Assembly (NCBI GenBank): GCA_015680685.1
Contig: MNCI01002989.1
Coordinates: 839,706 to 903,705, forward strand
Origin: Gnetum montanum
Taxonomy: Eukaryota; Plantae; Gnetophyta
Direction of reading: 5' to 3'
DNA length: 64,000 nt
Shown piece by piece: positions 15,020-28,250 of the stretch. The position numbers and the translations under genes are program-made. The notes beneath the pieces were generated by a model. That model did not search any database, had not been told where the DNA came from, and saw only the letters and a list, made by a program, of their open reading frames with translations. Within the stretch, counting starts at the first letter, position 1. Each line of letters starts with the position of its first letter.

Positions 15020-16881
15020 TGTGTTGTTAGAATGGAGGGTGCCCTCCATAACTAAATGGTTGAGCATGGCTAGAATTAATAAATGGAGGGTTGGGATCCT
15101 TGCATGTTGGAAGTATTAGGACCCGGTCATACTTACCCCATTGGGGTTCACACACTTGATTAGGGTTGACATAGTGGGGCAAGTTATACGATGTGGTTAA
15201 TTTTTAAGGAGTTGACCCACTATGGTATTTGGGACTGTAAGATGGTATGCAAGGATCAACATGTCTCCCCATGTGGCAATATTCATTGGGCCCCATGGTT
15301 GTTGGAATATTGAGTGGTGGCCTTGATAAGGTAACATGAGGCATTGGGTTTGAAGAGGAAGATGCACCACAGTGTTGGATTTGTGTTGAGTTGGCGGATG
15401 TAGTGGCTTTTGAACTATGGTGTCCCTTTTGACGGTCACATCTAAAGAAGGGATGCCTTCGATGTTGTGAAGGACCTCCACTGCTATTGATAGTAGTAGC
15501 ACAACTAACATTTTCGGGTTGGTGTTGTGGTACAAAATCTTCTGGCATAGCTGGCAGTGATGTAGAAGGGGGTGAAGTATGAGAATGTTGAGGTTGAGGA
15601 GAAGTGTAAGGCACATGAGGTGGTGATCTTGGTGGAGAGGACATGGGTGGATAGTACTTAGGAGAATGATAATGATGAGGTGAGGTAGAGGATGCTGATC
15701 CCGTTGGAGAAATAGGGTGTTGAACATAATAAGCATTTGGCGCTGGGACACACAAAGGGTATGGTCTAGTTGGCTGTGGCCTCCCTCATGACTGAGGTTT
15801 TTGCCACTGTGGTTGGACACAATATTTTTGTACGAACTCTGGATGTAACATTCCTTCCCAATGCTCATGTAAATGTGACAAGATTGGACGTTGAACTTTG
15901 GGGTGATTGTACAAGAAAATATTACATTGATATGTATGATTGGCAGTTGAGTTCTTATTCTTATTCTCTTCTACCCTTTGTTTCGATTGTCCTGTGGTGT
16001 CTTGTCTTATTTCTCAATTTGGCATAGCTTGTCCTTTAATAATGTTGGCATATTCTCCACATCTTTTATGTGCCCAGTTCGTCATCTTATTAATCTTTGC
16101 CTCAATTTCATCTAGTGATTGTAGGATTGGAAAAGATGATTCCACCTCCTTGAAGTGAGTTGATTTCTCCTCTTCATGATCATGGATCCTTGTTAAGTTG
16201 AGATTTTGGTCCTGTTGAGAACCTTCAACATTCTCCCATTTAGTTATTTCTCCTTCTTCTTTTGCTATCCACTTAATAAGCTCTTGGAATTGATGGGTTT
16301 GTAGCTCATATAGTTGACCTTGGGCATACATCCCTAGGGTCTCCCTTGTTTCATTACGGAGCCCATCTATGATATGGTACATTAGCCTTTCCTTGGAGAA
16401 CCCATGGCCTGGGTAGTTGTTTAAAAGTGCATAATATCTTTCCAAGGCCATGTCCAAGGGTTCATGTTGCACTTGTTTCCATTCTTGGATTTTTCTCCTC
16501 AAGGCTGACACTCTCGCATAGGTTTGATATCTTTCGTTGAAAAGTTCTACCATTGTCGGCCAACGTCGAATTGATTTTGGTTTTAANTACTTGGGAAAGT
16601 TATTTAAATCAAGCACGGGTAGACAACTTTCCTTACAATGCTTGTGGGCTATTCGAATAACCTCTTGTATTTCCGTTAAGCTTGTAGTGGCCAGTAGGGG
16701 TTAATCGTCATTAGGTATTTTATGCTTTCATGCGTTGGGATGATGTTGTCTTTGTTTATGTTTTATAAGAAACCCCCACCTTGGGTTGCATACTCCAATC
16801 TTCATTGTCATAATATTCGTTGGTTCTCCAATGAATTGCCTGACTAGATGTGGCATTATTATAGTCTTGTAGGAGAGACAT
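15020..16881 (-). pseudogene. gag of element A (retrotransposon gag domain, decayed CCHC knuckle, Pro/His/Ser-rich tail)
   Basis: ORF 16014-16616 (WPTMVELFNERY...LRRKIQEWKQ...LERYYALLNNYPGHGF) is an Athila-like gag. It continues via QCNIFLYNHPKVQRP into the Pro-rich ORF 15204-15755 and ends QPFSYGGHPPF. Confidence 0.85.
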
Positions 16882-17003
16882 GGTTCTAAAACTATGTGTG
16901 AATTTAGATGTGACTTTTTAATAATTTTTTCCTGCTAAAAGATGTATCGTTAATTTCTATACAGCGACCTTGTATGATATAACTAATCTAGATAACTAGC
17001 ACC

Positions 17004-17022
17004 ATCCCTGGTAATGGCGCCA
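17004..17022 (-). promoter_or_regulatory. Primer-binding site (tRNA-Asp type)
   Basis: TGGCGCCATTACCAGGGAT, 1 nt from the LTR end. Matches Athila TGGCGCCGTTGCCGGGGA with G>A decay. Confidence 0.85.
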
Positions 17023-17023
17023 A

Positions 17024-17900
17024 TGATGAGTAGCTAGGGACCTCTACGCTCAACCATACGAATACGAGCGTTTACGCACAATCTGGTTGAACTTCGTGGA
17101 CAGGCTAGTTGTGGTATCTAGATCGTTACACATTGATCGCAGTTCACTGTCTTCCCACCTGGACTAGTATTTTCTTTGTCACGTATGGTTTAGTCCATAG
17201 TGAGGCGTATGATGTGATCCTAACTAATGCTAATCCTAGAGATAATGGAAAATAATCTTGGTTAAACTAATGAGTAATAGGAAATGAGGTCTAAGCTAAC
17301 CTAAGTGTGATGAGCATCCATTCCTTAATCATCCATACACATCTTGGACCTCGTGCATGACTACTACTAGGGTTACCAAGCGTAGATCCTAGGTACGCTT
17401 CTGGGTTACCAAGTAATCACACTTGAATGCTCGTGATTAAGTCATACTCATTCTGCATTTAACAACAAGAATAGTAAATGACGATAAAGAAATATTAACT
17501 AAGAGAACAATAAATAACAATAACAATTAACAATAATAATTAAACTATTACAACGAAGTGAATGCTGAAATGATGAAGTAATCTTGATCATTATTTCTGG
17601 TCATGTGCACATCCAAGTACGTCACACTCGAATAAAGGTGTCGTACAATTATAAGCATCACACTGTGGGCATGCACTTGGGAAAATAATCTAACTCCTAC
17701 GGAAACAAAATGCAAGGGCTTTGCTACAACTACTCAAAGCCTTCCTAAATGAGGCAGAAGGCCCTCTTCTTTATAGGCCGGGATAGGTGGCTGCATAAAT
17801 GGGGCCACATCGATGTAGGAAGGCTGCGTCGACACGACCACATATACGGGGCCTCGTATACATGGCCTAGTCGACGCATCGACTATATAGCGCTTCATCA
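17024..17900 (-). repeat. 5' LTR of element A
   Basis: Direct repeat of 12185-13075, adjacent to the PBS. Confidence 0.93.
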
Positions 17901-19370
17901 GTAGTTATGTACTAATAAAAGAAGCTTAATTAGATACTAGTGAAGAATAAAAGTCCTCTTTTAGGCATTGAAGACTTATTTAATAAAATTTAGGAAGCTC
18001 ATGTATTCTTAAAAATTCATCTTAAGCTCGGGTATTATTAGGTTAGATTTAGAGAGTAAGATGTACCAAAGATAGTATTTAGGATTACATATGATCATTA
18101 CAAGTTCTTAATGCTTCTGCTTAGGTTAATAATTACTTTAAAAGTGTTTATGTAATTGACACACAATGTGATGCAACCATTCCTTTATTAGTTTGTAAGA
18201 TTTTTTATTGATGATATTTTGGTATATTTGTCAAAGAAGTAAAGGCAAGTAAGACACTTACTAATGATTTTGTAGATATTATAGTAGTATCAATTGTATG
18301 TGTAGTAATCCAAGTAATAAGTCACATTTTTTGGGTTATGTTGACGAGGCCTTATTGCTGGAGCCCCATTGACACAACCCCATTGACACGCCTGCATCAA
18401 CATGGGATTTGATGTGTTAACGTGGCCTTGTCAATGTAATGTCTATTGTTGCCTATAAATATGTGCTTAGTTGTTATGTTTATGACATCTTTGTCATAGT
18501 TGTAGAGGAGCTCTTGCAGTTTTATCATTTGAAAGTAGGAATATTTTTCTAAGTGCCCATAGTAGAAGTTAAAGAGTGTAGGGATCTTTATTCAAGTATT
18601 ATTGTACTTGAGCATAACAATAAAGATGATCTTTCTGATAAACTTGGTAGCATTTCAAAATAGATTAATTGTTTAGTTATGCATGTAGTGTTTTATGCAA
18701 TTTTCTTTAATGATTTAAGTAATTAAATAATTAATTAAGATAAATTAAGCTAGATTAAATAGTGATTAATTACACATAGAAGTACAACCACTTTGAGCAT
18801 ATGCTTGATGCTTGGTATTACCAATAATGCTTAATGTTTGGTAACCTAGTAGCGTTAAACATGTTCAATATGTGTACGGAAAGTGGAAATAGATGGTTAT
18901 GTTAGAATTAGTTAGGTGTAGCTAGTTAGATTAAATTAGCAATTTAATTATGTTATTTTATACATTATTTTTTACCCTTAGGTAACTTAAAACATAAAAC
19001 ATAAAAAAATGATAAAAATCATATGCCTCAGTTGTACTTAACCATACCTTTGCATTTCACAAGTGTAATTGGGAAGATAATGATTATAGTGGTTCATTTC
19101 ACTTCCTAGAGACTAGTGTACTTAGAAGGCTATAAGTCCATAGAATTCAACTAGATCATGCATGAATGCTTAGTGATTTGTATGGTTGGGTGTAGGGTCT
19201 ACTCATTGCTCATCATTTGTGCCATTATCAGGAACTTGTAGTTTGATATGTGCACTATCTAGGACTTAGTGAATATTATTTAAGTTCATTGGAATGAATC
19301 CTAAGGTTATAATTATTCAAAAATAATTATAATTATAATTTAAGCATACTGAATTTTTATTTAATCTAAA

Positions 19371-22300
19371 ATGTCTTCTTCTCATAAGAATGATGAATCA
19401 AAACTGCTAGTGCCCCAAGAATTCAAAGTGGTGTACACTCATCGAGATGAATTTTCACCTAATTTCACCTTCATCCTACATTAGGATGAGTAGTTGTGGT
19501 GGAGAAATATAGAGGGTAATGTTGTGTTGCCTCTTGACTGGTCTGTTCTTGGGATACTACTCCAAACTCTTAAGAGGTTGTGCATCCACGACCTCCATGA
19601 TGAATACATCGTGTAGGACCATGACTATTGGGACTACCATCCCATAAAAATGCAACACAAATAAGATTAGCACCAGGAGAAGTGCCATAAGGCTAAAAAT
19701 GGGAAATGGATCACTAACCCCTTATTCCTATTAAACCAAGATGATAATAAGGATCTTGCCTTTGGAATTTCTCAACATGAAGATCTCATCCCTTGACTTT
19801 AGTGAAAGGGATTTAAACTCAAATTTGCAATCCACTATCAACAATCTAGGTTTAGGAAAAAGTTGGAGTCAAGGTAGGGGCTTGGGCAAGCATCATGATG
19901 ATAGAAAACCTGATGATCATGGCCATGACAAGAGGAGAGGAGGTGGAAAACACCATGATGGTGATAGTCCTCCTCCCTCTTCATCCTCTTTATTTTCATC
20001 CTCTTCTTCCTCTAAATTTGATCAAAATGGCAGGGGAAAAACCTATTATGAAGATGACCAATGGGATAATGATCGTAGGCCTCACCATGAACAAATGGGT
20101 AGCATGAGACATCATAGGCATCATAAAAATCATGATGATAATGAACCCATGTTGGAAACTTGAAGCACATTGAAAATTGTAAAGGTAGTAAAAATTCCAA
20201 CCAGGCATGTGAAAGGTAGCAGAATCAAGTGATTAGATATGAATAATATCCATAGATTTGAGGGGGGCTATAACTCAGATCCAAAAATCCATCCTCAAGC
20301 CTTTCATAATGCTTTTGCCTTGTAGAACATAGAAAATGACTAGAAAAAGCCCAACTTGTTCCCCAAGACACTCATAAAAGAAGTGAAACGTTGGTACCAT
20401 ACCTTAGAGCCAAAATCAATTCATAGATAGAGTACGATGCTTGAGTTGTTTAATTAAAAATATCAGATGTACTCTAGAGTGTCTAATTTGAGAAAGCAAA
20501 TCCAAGGCTGGTGACAAGAAATACATGAACCCTTGGAGGTAGCCATGGTCAAGTATTATTCTCAATGAGAGAAACTTCGCCATATCATAGATGGGCTTCA
20601 ATGAGAAACAAGGAAAACTCTTAGGATCTATGGCCAAGAGAGTCTATTAGAACTAAGAGTCCATTAGATTCAAAGGCTAATTGAGCAGGTTGCAAAAGAG
20701 GAAGGAGTGTTGAGAAAATGGAAAAGTGCTTAAGAGTATAATTGGGACCCTTCCATCAAAAAAAGGAAGGTCCAATTATATGACAATGATGGGGAGGTAC
20801 CACTTGATGTAGTGGTGAAGCAAAAAGCCTTACTAATTCAAAAATCTATGTCTAAAATTTTAGCTAAAGTTGAAAAAATGTGAAAATCCTTGGATGAAAA
20901 ATTTTAAACTACTCTAAAAATTATAGAAGAATCCAAAGTACAAGGTAGTGATCTTGACCATAGGAGAAGAAAAAGAAGCTGAACATTCCTACCAAAGGGG
21001 TGAGGGCAAGGTTGTGGCAGTGGAAGAGGTTGTGAAGTCAAAATTAGATGATGATGATGGGTGTGATATCTACAAATATGAACATCCCAAGGGATGTTGC
21101 CCTGTTGTGTCACACTTATAGGAATTTGGGGTGTATGCTTTGAATCCTGAACTAGCATGAAGGTAAGCATTCAAAAGGTTTTCTTATCCTCAAGGAAACC
21201 CAAGGTAGTTCCACCACCAACAATGGGCTTATTATTCAAGTGGAGTTCCACCACAACCGTATGAGAAATACCATTAGTGACAACATCCACAATCGTGGGG
21301 GATGCCACCACCAAGGTAGTAGTACCCTTATAGGTAGCCAAATTCGTATGGGTGCTATGTTCAACAACCCATGTCTTCACATGGCTCTTCTAGTCATGCT
21401 TCTTCCCAGCATCACTACTACCCTCTAGAGTATTATAGAACTCATTCTCCATCTCATAGATGGGAATCTCCATAACCTTATCACCATTCTCATCCTTCAA
21501 CACATGTTCCTTGATCCTCAATCCAATTACCATTTTCCCCATCCATGTAAGGTGAAATTCCCATGTTGTTGCAACAATGTAATGCTACTAGGGCTATTAA
21601 CTTATAGCTGGCTCCTCAGCCAAGCGGTTAAGAACCCAGATCTTGTAAGCAATCATTCTTCTAAACCAATAGTCCTACAAAGCCCTCACCAGCTTTTGCA
21701 ACTAGTGGCTCTGTTTCTCCTTCATCCTCTACATCCATTTCTTTTGAGAGCCCTTCAAATAAAACTCCTTTTAAGATCTACACTATCATGTTAACCCATG
21801 TTGTATATGATTGGATCAAGGCTGGTAACCTTCCTAGGAAAGGAGTTGATCTTGGAAGTACTCTCATCTACTTGCAGATTGTAGGAAATGAGCCATACAA
21901 AGATCTTCTTGATTCAGGTTCTAGTGTTAATCTAATTTTCCATGAAATGTACAAAGCCTGGAACATGCCTCCTCTCAAAAAGATCAATATCTATTTAGAA
22001 TTGGCAGATTAGTCCATCACTATTCTCTTGGGACTAGTGGAGGACATTGTGATCACTGTTTGTAGGTGGTCATATCCTGTCAATTTAATAGTGATGAAAG
22101 TTGATAATTATAAAGGGAACTTTCCAATCATTATGGGAAGGGCTTGAGTGAGCATTACTGATGCACGAATGGACATCAAAGATCTTTTCTTGAAGATTTT
22201 CAAGGAAAATGCATTTGGAAAGATTGAGAATAAGCAGGTTCCATGCATTGTGTATAGTGATATAAGGTGCAACTATGTGCAAAAACTCTCATCTATTAAA

Positions 22301-25300
22301 AGAACATAAATCAAAGCATGTAGATAATATGTAGATGAATTTGAAATTCAAAAGTGCCTATATGCACCAAACACAAAATAGGAGGTCACCCAGTGGTTGA
22401 TAGTTGATTCTAAGAGTAACACACTTTACATGGAACTTACTAAGATCCTAACTTGTGCCTATGTTAAAGGCATGAATGAAATGGAGTAAGTTCACTGCCA
22501 ACTCTTTGATGATGAACTTGATAATACCAATTGGGGAGATTTGAAAATCCTTGATAGTTTTAAATAAGAGCCCTTAGAGTTGAAAACTATACCTATTGGC
22601 ATGGAATATGCATTTTTGAAAAATGGCAAGCTGGTGATAATCAATGCTAACCTTGCTCCTGAGCAAAAATGGATGTTGTTGAAGGTGGTAAACAAATGGA
22701 TAATAACCTTTACTTGGTCATATCTTGAACTTGTAAAGATTGTTCTTAGGATATGCCAATATCACATCTATACCGATCTAGTCATGAAGCCAAAGAGGTA
22801 GTTGCAGCAATGGTTGAAACCTAAATTTAGATAGATTGTCAAAGAGAAAGTTGAAGAACTCCTCAAGATGGGGTTCATCTATCTAATTGTAGATAGTGAG
22901 TGGATTAGCCCACTTGTAATTATGCCAAAGAAAGATGGCAAGTGGTAGGTTTGTATTAATTTTAGGTTGTTGAACATGATGATGTTCAAAGATCATTTTC
23001 CATTGCCATTTTTGGAGCAAGTGCTGGACACTATTTCTAGACATTGCTATTATAGCTTTTTGGATGGTTATAATGGCTATAATCAAATTTAGATCATGCT
23101 AGAGGATTAGGCTTAAACAACATTCACAAGTCCTATGGGGACTTTTGCATATTGTAAGATGCCCTTTGGTCTATGCAATGTTTTTGTAATCTTCCAATGC
23201 CTTGTCCTGAGCATTTTTCAACAGCATATCAATAGTGGGATGGAAGTCTTCATGGATGAATTCTCCACTTATGGATTTACATTCGAGCAAGCCCTAGACT
23301 ACCTAGAGAAAGTGCTTAAAAGGTGCATGGAGACTAATCTTTGGATTAATTGGCAGAAGAGCCATCTCATGGTTTAGGAGGGCATTATGTTGGTGCACAA
23401 AATTTTTCAAGTAGGGATTGATGTGGACCTTGAAAAGATTTAGGTCATCTAAGGAATAACCTACCAACAAAAAACCATTAAAGATGTTCAATTATTCCTT
23501 GGACATATTGGCTACTACTGATGATTCATAAAGAATTTCTCTAATGTTGCAAAATTGTTATTCAAACTCAAAAAAAAGATGCTCCATTCATATGGACCAA
23601 GGAATGTGAAAAGGCATTCTAGTAGCTTAACGAAAAGCTTATAGAGACTCTAATTCTATAAGCACCTGATTGGTCTTGTCTATTTTACATCATGATGGAT
23701 GCATTAAACTATGCCTTAGAAGTTATGCTTACACAGTTGGACACTAAAAAAGGGTCCATATTACATCCACTGCACAAGCTAAAGCATCATGAATGCACTA
23801 CTTAATTACACTACAACATAGAAAGATCTTAGGGTAGTAGTGTATGCTTTGGAAAATTTCAAGCACTATGTGCTTGGATATAAGGTGTTTTTACACACTG
23901 ACCATAGTGCCATTCACTTCCTAATCAATAAAACAATGGTGAAACCCAATGTCATACGTTGGCTAGTGATCTTGTAGGAGTTTAATATTACAATGGTGGA
24001 TCAAAAGGGAACTGAGAATGTGGTTGCTAATTACTTGTATTGGTTATGATGGGACAATAAAGAGGATGAGAGCTCGCTCTTTGATCAATTTCCTGATGAA
24101 CTCCTCTTTATTGATGCAATAAATGGACAAGTGCCTATTGAACCAAAATGGTATGATGACATCCTTACTTATCTTCTTACTCAAGAGATGCCACAATAGT
24201 TAGAACATTGGAAGAAATAACAGTTTCTTCATCAGGCCAAATGCTTCATGGATATTAACAAACATGTTTACAAGGTGTGCACTAATGGCCTGATTCATTA
24301 GTGTGTTCCTGACGCTAACCAACTGTGTGTTCTCTAAGATGTTCATGATGGTCCTTATGGGGGCCACTATGTAAGGAGATGAATGACCATTAAAATCTTG
24401 ATGGTAGGTTACTATTGGCCAACAATCTTTAGGGATGCCCACCAATTCGTTTTCTCTTGTGAACATTGTTAATGAGATGCTGGGAGGATTGCTTGAATGG
24501 AGGGACCTTAGTAGTGGATCCAACCACTAGAACCCTTTGACATTTGGGGCATAGACTTTATGGTTTCCATCACACCCATGTCAAATGAAAAGGTGTACAT
24601 AATAGTTATTGTTGACTATTATATGAAATGGCTAGAAGTAATAGCTGTCACTGACTATACATCTTCGACTACTGTATGGTTTGTACAACAAAATGTTGTA
24701 AATAGGTTTGAAGTGGCACATGCATTGATTTCTGATAATGGTACTCATTTTACAAGTGGTACTTTTTATAAGCTCATGCAACACTTGGGGGTTGAACATA
24801 AATTAACAACACCCTATCATCCCCAAGCTAATGATCAAGCAGAGGTTATCAATAGGGAGATCATGAAAATCTTAACAAGAACTATTAGCAAATATAGGAG
24901 AGACTAGAGCATAAAACTTATTCATGTTCTCTGGACATACCACTCAATATGGAAACTCCCTATAGGCTACTATCCCTATGAGCTAGTGTATAGAAAATTA
25001 CCAACTATTCCAATTTAATTTGAGTTTCATATGCTTTCAATAGCTTGTGACCTTGAACTTGACCTAAGCCTAAAACAAAAAGAGAGATTGATCAACCTTA
25101 ACATGCTAGATGAGAATTGATTGGTGGCCTTTTCCTTAAATGAAGTGCACAAAGTATTTAGTAAATAATGCCATGATCTTAGGATAAGGAAAGTGGAATT
25201 TCAACATAGAAATAAGGTTCTCTACTAGAACCCCACACACGTACCTCAATTAACTAAGTTCTAGATGTTGTGGGAAGGGCCTTATATCATTTATGAAACA

Positions 25301-25420
25301 TTTCCTTCTAGGTTCATATTGATTTACAAACCTGAGAGACTAAACAAAAAGTAGCTAGTCAACAAAAAATAAGTCAATCCTTTCCAATAACCCACACATG
25401 CTAGTGCAAGCAATGCCTAA
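19371..25420 (+). pseudogene. gag-pol of element B
   Basis: gag ~20230-20700, knuckle CDIYKYEHPKGCCP (~21062), PR LLDSGSSVNLI, RT KDHFPLPF / MPFGLCN / EVFMDEFS, RNase H ~23690-24050, INT ISDNGTHF / YHPQANDQAEVINREI. Many stops and frameshifts. Confidence 0.92.
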
Positions 25421-27219
25421 TTAGATGGACAACCTTGCTTACTCTTTTGGATCTCCTCCTTTCAACTTACTCATGAGGGAGATGGTCATTCATGCTAATC
25501 CATTAAGTGGCTTTTTAGTTTTTCTACTTTTTCTTGTTTTACACTTTTTGGCTTTACACTTTGTTTGTTTGTATACCATTTTTTTTTTACACTTTGTTAT
25601 TTTTCCAAATTTTTGTTTTAAAACATTGTTAGTATGCTTTTATTTTCTTGAATATTCTTAGAGTTTCTTGTATACTTTATTTTGATGTGAATTTTTCTTG
25701 TTTTCTAGTAAAAGTGCTTTCTTGCTAATAGGACACAATGATGATATAGTTGTTTACTAATGGTGATTTGTACCTAATATTTTTTATTGCTAATTTCTGG
25801 TTTTTATTTTTAAATTTTGATGACTGATGACTAAGATAGGTTTCCTTTTCATGGAATAGGTGGTGAGTCCATGTCATCCACCCATCCACCAACTCCATGG
25901 TCTTCTTGGTTTTGGAAGTATGAGGTCTTCTTTTCATTAATAAAACTTTAACAAACTTGTGACCTTGGTAGTTTTCAAACTTGGGAAAGATTCAAAGATT
26001 TGAAATGGGTGTGAATTCAAGGGAATTCAATACTCTTTGTGCCTCTCTACTTGAGTGCATGTGTGTTTTAATAGATTTGTTACCCTTCCGTATTGACCAA
26101 TAATAGGAAGTTGAATAAGTCTTTGCATGGTGTGGTTCCTATCAACAAAAAAATTTCATAAAAACATAAAATACCTAAAAAATATGATGAGAATTCAAAG
26201 AATACCCCTTAGAAAACATAAATGGGATACAAGTAATGGTTATGGGACTAGAAAGACATGTTACCCATGCTTGAAGGTCCTCTCTAACTAAGACTCTTTC
26301 TCACTTCTATCTTCTCTTTTCTTCTCAAATAAGGGATGGTGGTTGTTTGTGAAAGCATTCTTGTATCTCAAGGGGATGGAATAATCCTAGGGTGATGATG
26401 CAAAGTTACTAGAAGTGGTTGATTTTAAATTGGACTAAGGATGGACTTTTATCAGGTTATTTAACCATAACTCCACAAGGGACTTCTTGTGACCGTGATT
26501 GGAAAACCCATTCCACTCTCTATCCCATTCATCAATTCTTTCCATAACTCACCTCATTATCAATTTTCATGTTTTTTTAATATCTTAGTTTAACATGTTG
26601 AAATTCTTAGATAGATTCTTTGGGATTTGGTCCTTAACTTTTTGTAACCATTAATCAATTATGGGACTCACACACCTTACTTGAGTTTATGCAAGGGGAA
26701 AAAAAGGCATAAGCCTACTATGGGGATGATCCACTTGCATAGCTCTTGGTTGGGCTAGTTAAGTTCCTTAGCCTTAGGCATTTTGGTAATAAAATCTTTT
26801 GCATTTCCCATCAGTTACATCCAACTATGTGCTTCTTAAGGCATTTCTCCAATCATTCTCCATCTTTTGTGAAAACTGAAGCCCTCTTCATGTATTTCAT
26901 TGTGTTCTTGGATTTTTGGGCTTCCATTTGACTCCAATTTCATTCCAAAACTCCTTGTATTTTTTGAATATTGACTTGGTCAATGGTGGTTAACAGTTGT
27001 GTTGACTAGGCCTAGTTGACATGGCCGACCGGGTTGATTAGGCCTTGTCGATGAGACCTAGTTGATGCATGGAAAAAATTCTATATATAGCATCCACCAC
27101 TTAGGAATTTTTTGCAATTTTCTTCAAACTTAAGAGAAGTTTTTGCAACTTTTCAAATCTCAAAACCTTCCAGATCTTGGAACTTTTAAATTATTTGTTT
27201 GATTCACTTTGTTCTTCAG

Positions 27220-28250
27220 CCCTATAGCTTCTGGAGATATGCTTTATATTGTGGGGCCCATAAAACTTAGGTTTTTGATATAAACTTTTTAAGAATTTTT
27301 CTAATTCCTCCATGGATTAAAATAATTTCATCCATCAATAGTAGGAGTAGCTAGCTAGAGTAAACATTGAATTTAGAAGATTGGCAAGCAAAAATAGAAA
27401 TCTCTCCATGCACAAAGTCCAAGCCCTTTGCTAGAAGTCTACAATAGAGGTAGTTGTTTAGAAAAATGAGGCTCTCAAATTCAAGAGAGTCAAAAATCAC
27501 TATAGAGATTAGGTTGGTTGAGAAAAAGAAATCAATGAAAAACATATTTAGATGACGAAGGTAAAAGTTAATGAATCCCTCTAGCAGATCAAGGAAGGAG
27601 GTGATGTCTAGCAGCCTATCTTTGATGGGGTTAATGACTACAACATGGTAGAGATCTACATGAAGGAATTGCAGATCAAGGAGATGATAAAGTACATGAA
27701 GCTTGCCAATCTCCATTATGCAAATTTGGCGATGCTGACTGCTGGATGGCCATAGTATGAATTAGAGAAATAGGTGGCAAGTTCGTACTTGTTATATGAA
27801 GTTGATTTCAAGCATCAAAAAGACACCAAGCAAAAGCTTGAGGTGGCAAATGCAGAACTTGATGTTCTCAAGAAGTACTTCATTAATCAACCATTTGCAG
27901 TTGAGAACTTGGCTAGGAGAGTGAGTGACAATAAAGAGTTGCAAAATGTAGTAAAGGTGTTCAATGTTGAATGCAAACCTTTTATTGCCTAGTTCTTCAA
28001 CATGAAGGATCTATTCCTAGCAATGTCCTATCCTTGGGATGTTTCCACACCAGTCTAGGAGTAAGAAGGAGAAGATGAAGGAACTATTGAACACCTTCCA
28101 TCTTCCACTAGAAGTTGCAAGTGCCACAGGACAACCACAATTGCCTTGATCACCATGTGCACCTAAAGCAAGAGAATGTCCTTTGGAGCCTCAAGAGCTT
28201 CCACCACATGGGACCATTTGAACTTCTTCCTTGTCTTTGCACAATAAGAG
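27220..28250 (+). pseudogene. 3' extra (env-like position) ORF of element B, coiled-coil/acidic, decayed
   Basis: Coding-like charged sequence including ORF 27774-27992, lying between the long post-pol spacer and the PPT. Limits approximate. Confidence 0.5.

Larger units (their letters stand above)
12185..17900 (-). mobile_element. Element A: non-autonomous (Gag-only) Athila-type LTR retrotransposon, ~5.7 kb
   Basis: LTRs 12185-13075 and 17024-17900 (TGATG...CATCA), TSD GTAGT (12180-84 / 17901-05), PBS TGGCGCCATTACCAGGGA, Athila-like PPT (..GTCGTGGGGGTA). No PR/RT/INT motifs. Confidence 0.93.

Noticed and set aside
15197-15868. Extensin-like or His/Leu-rich host gene
   Set aside because: The Pro-rich frame is the tail of element A gag; the 223-aa frame is its shifted reading.
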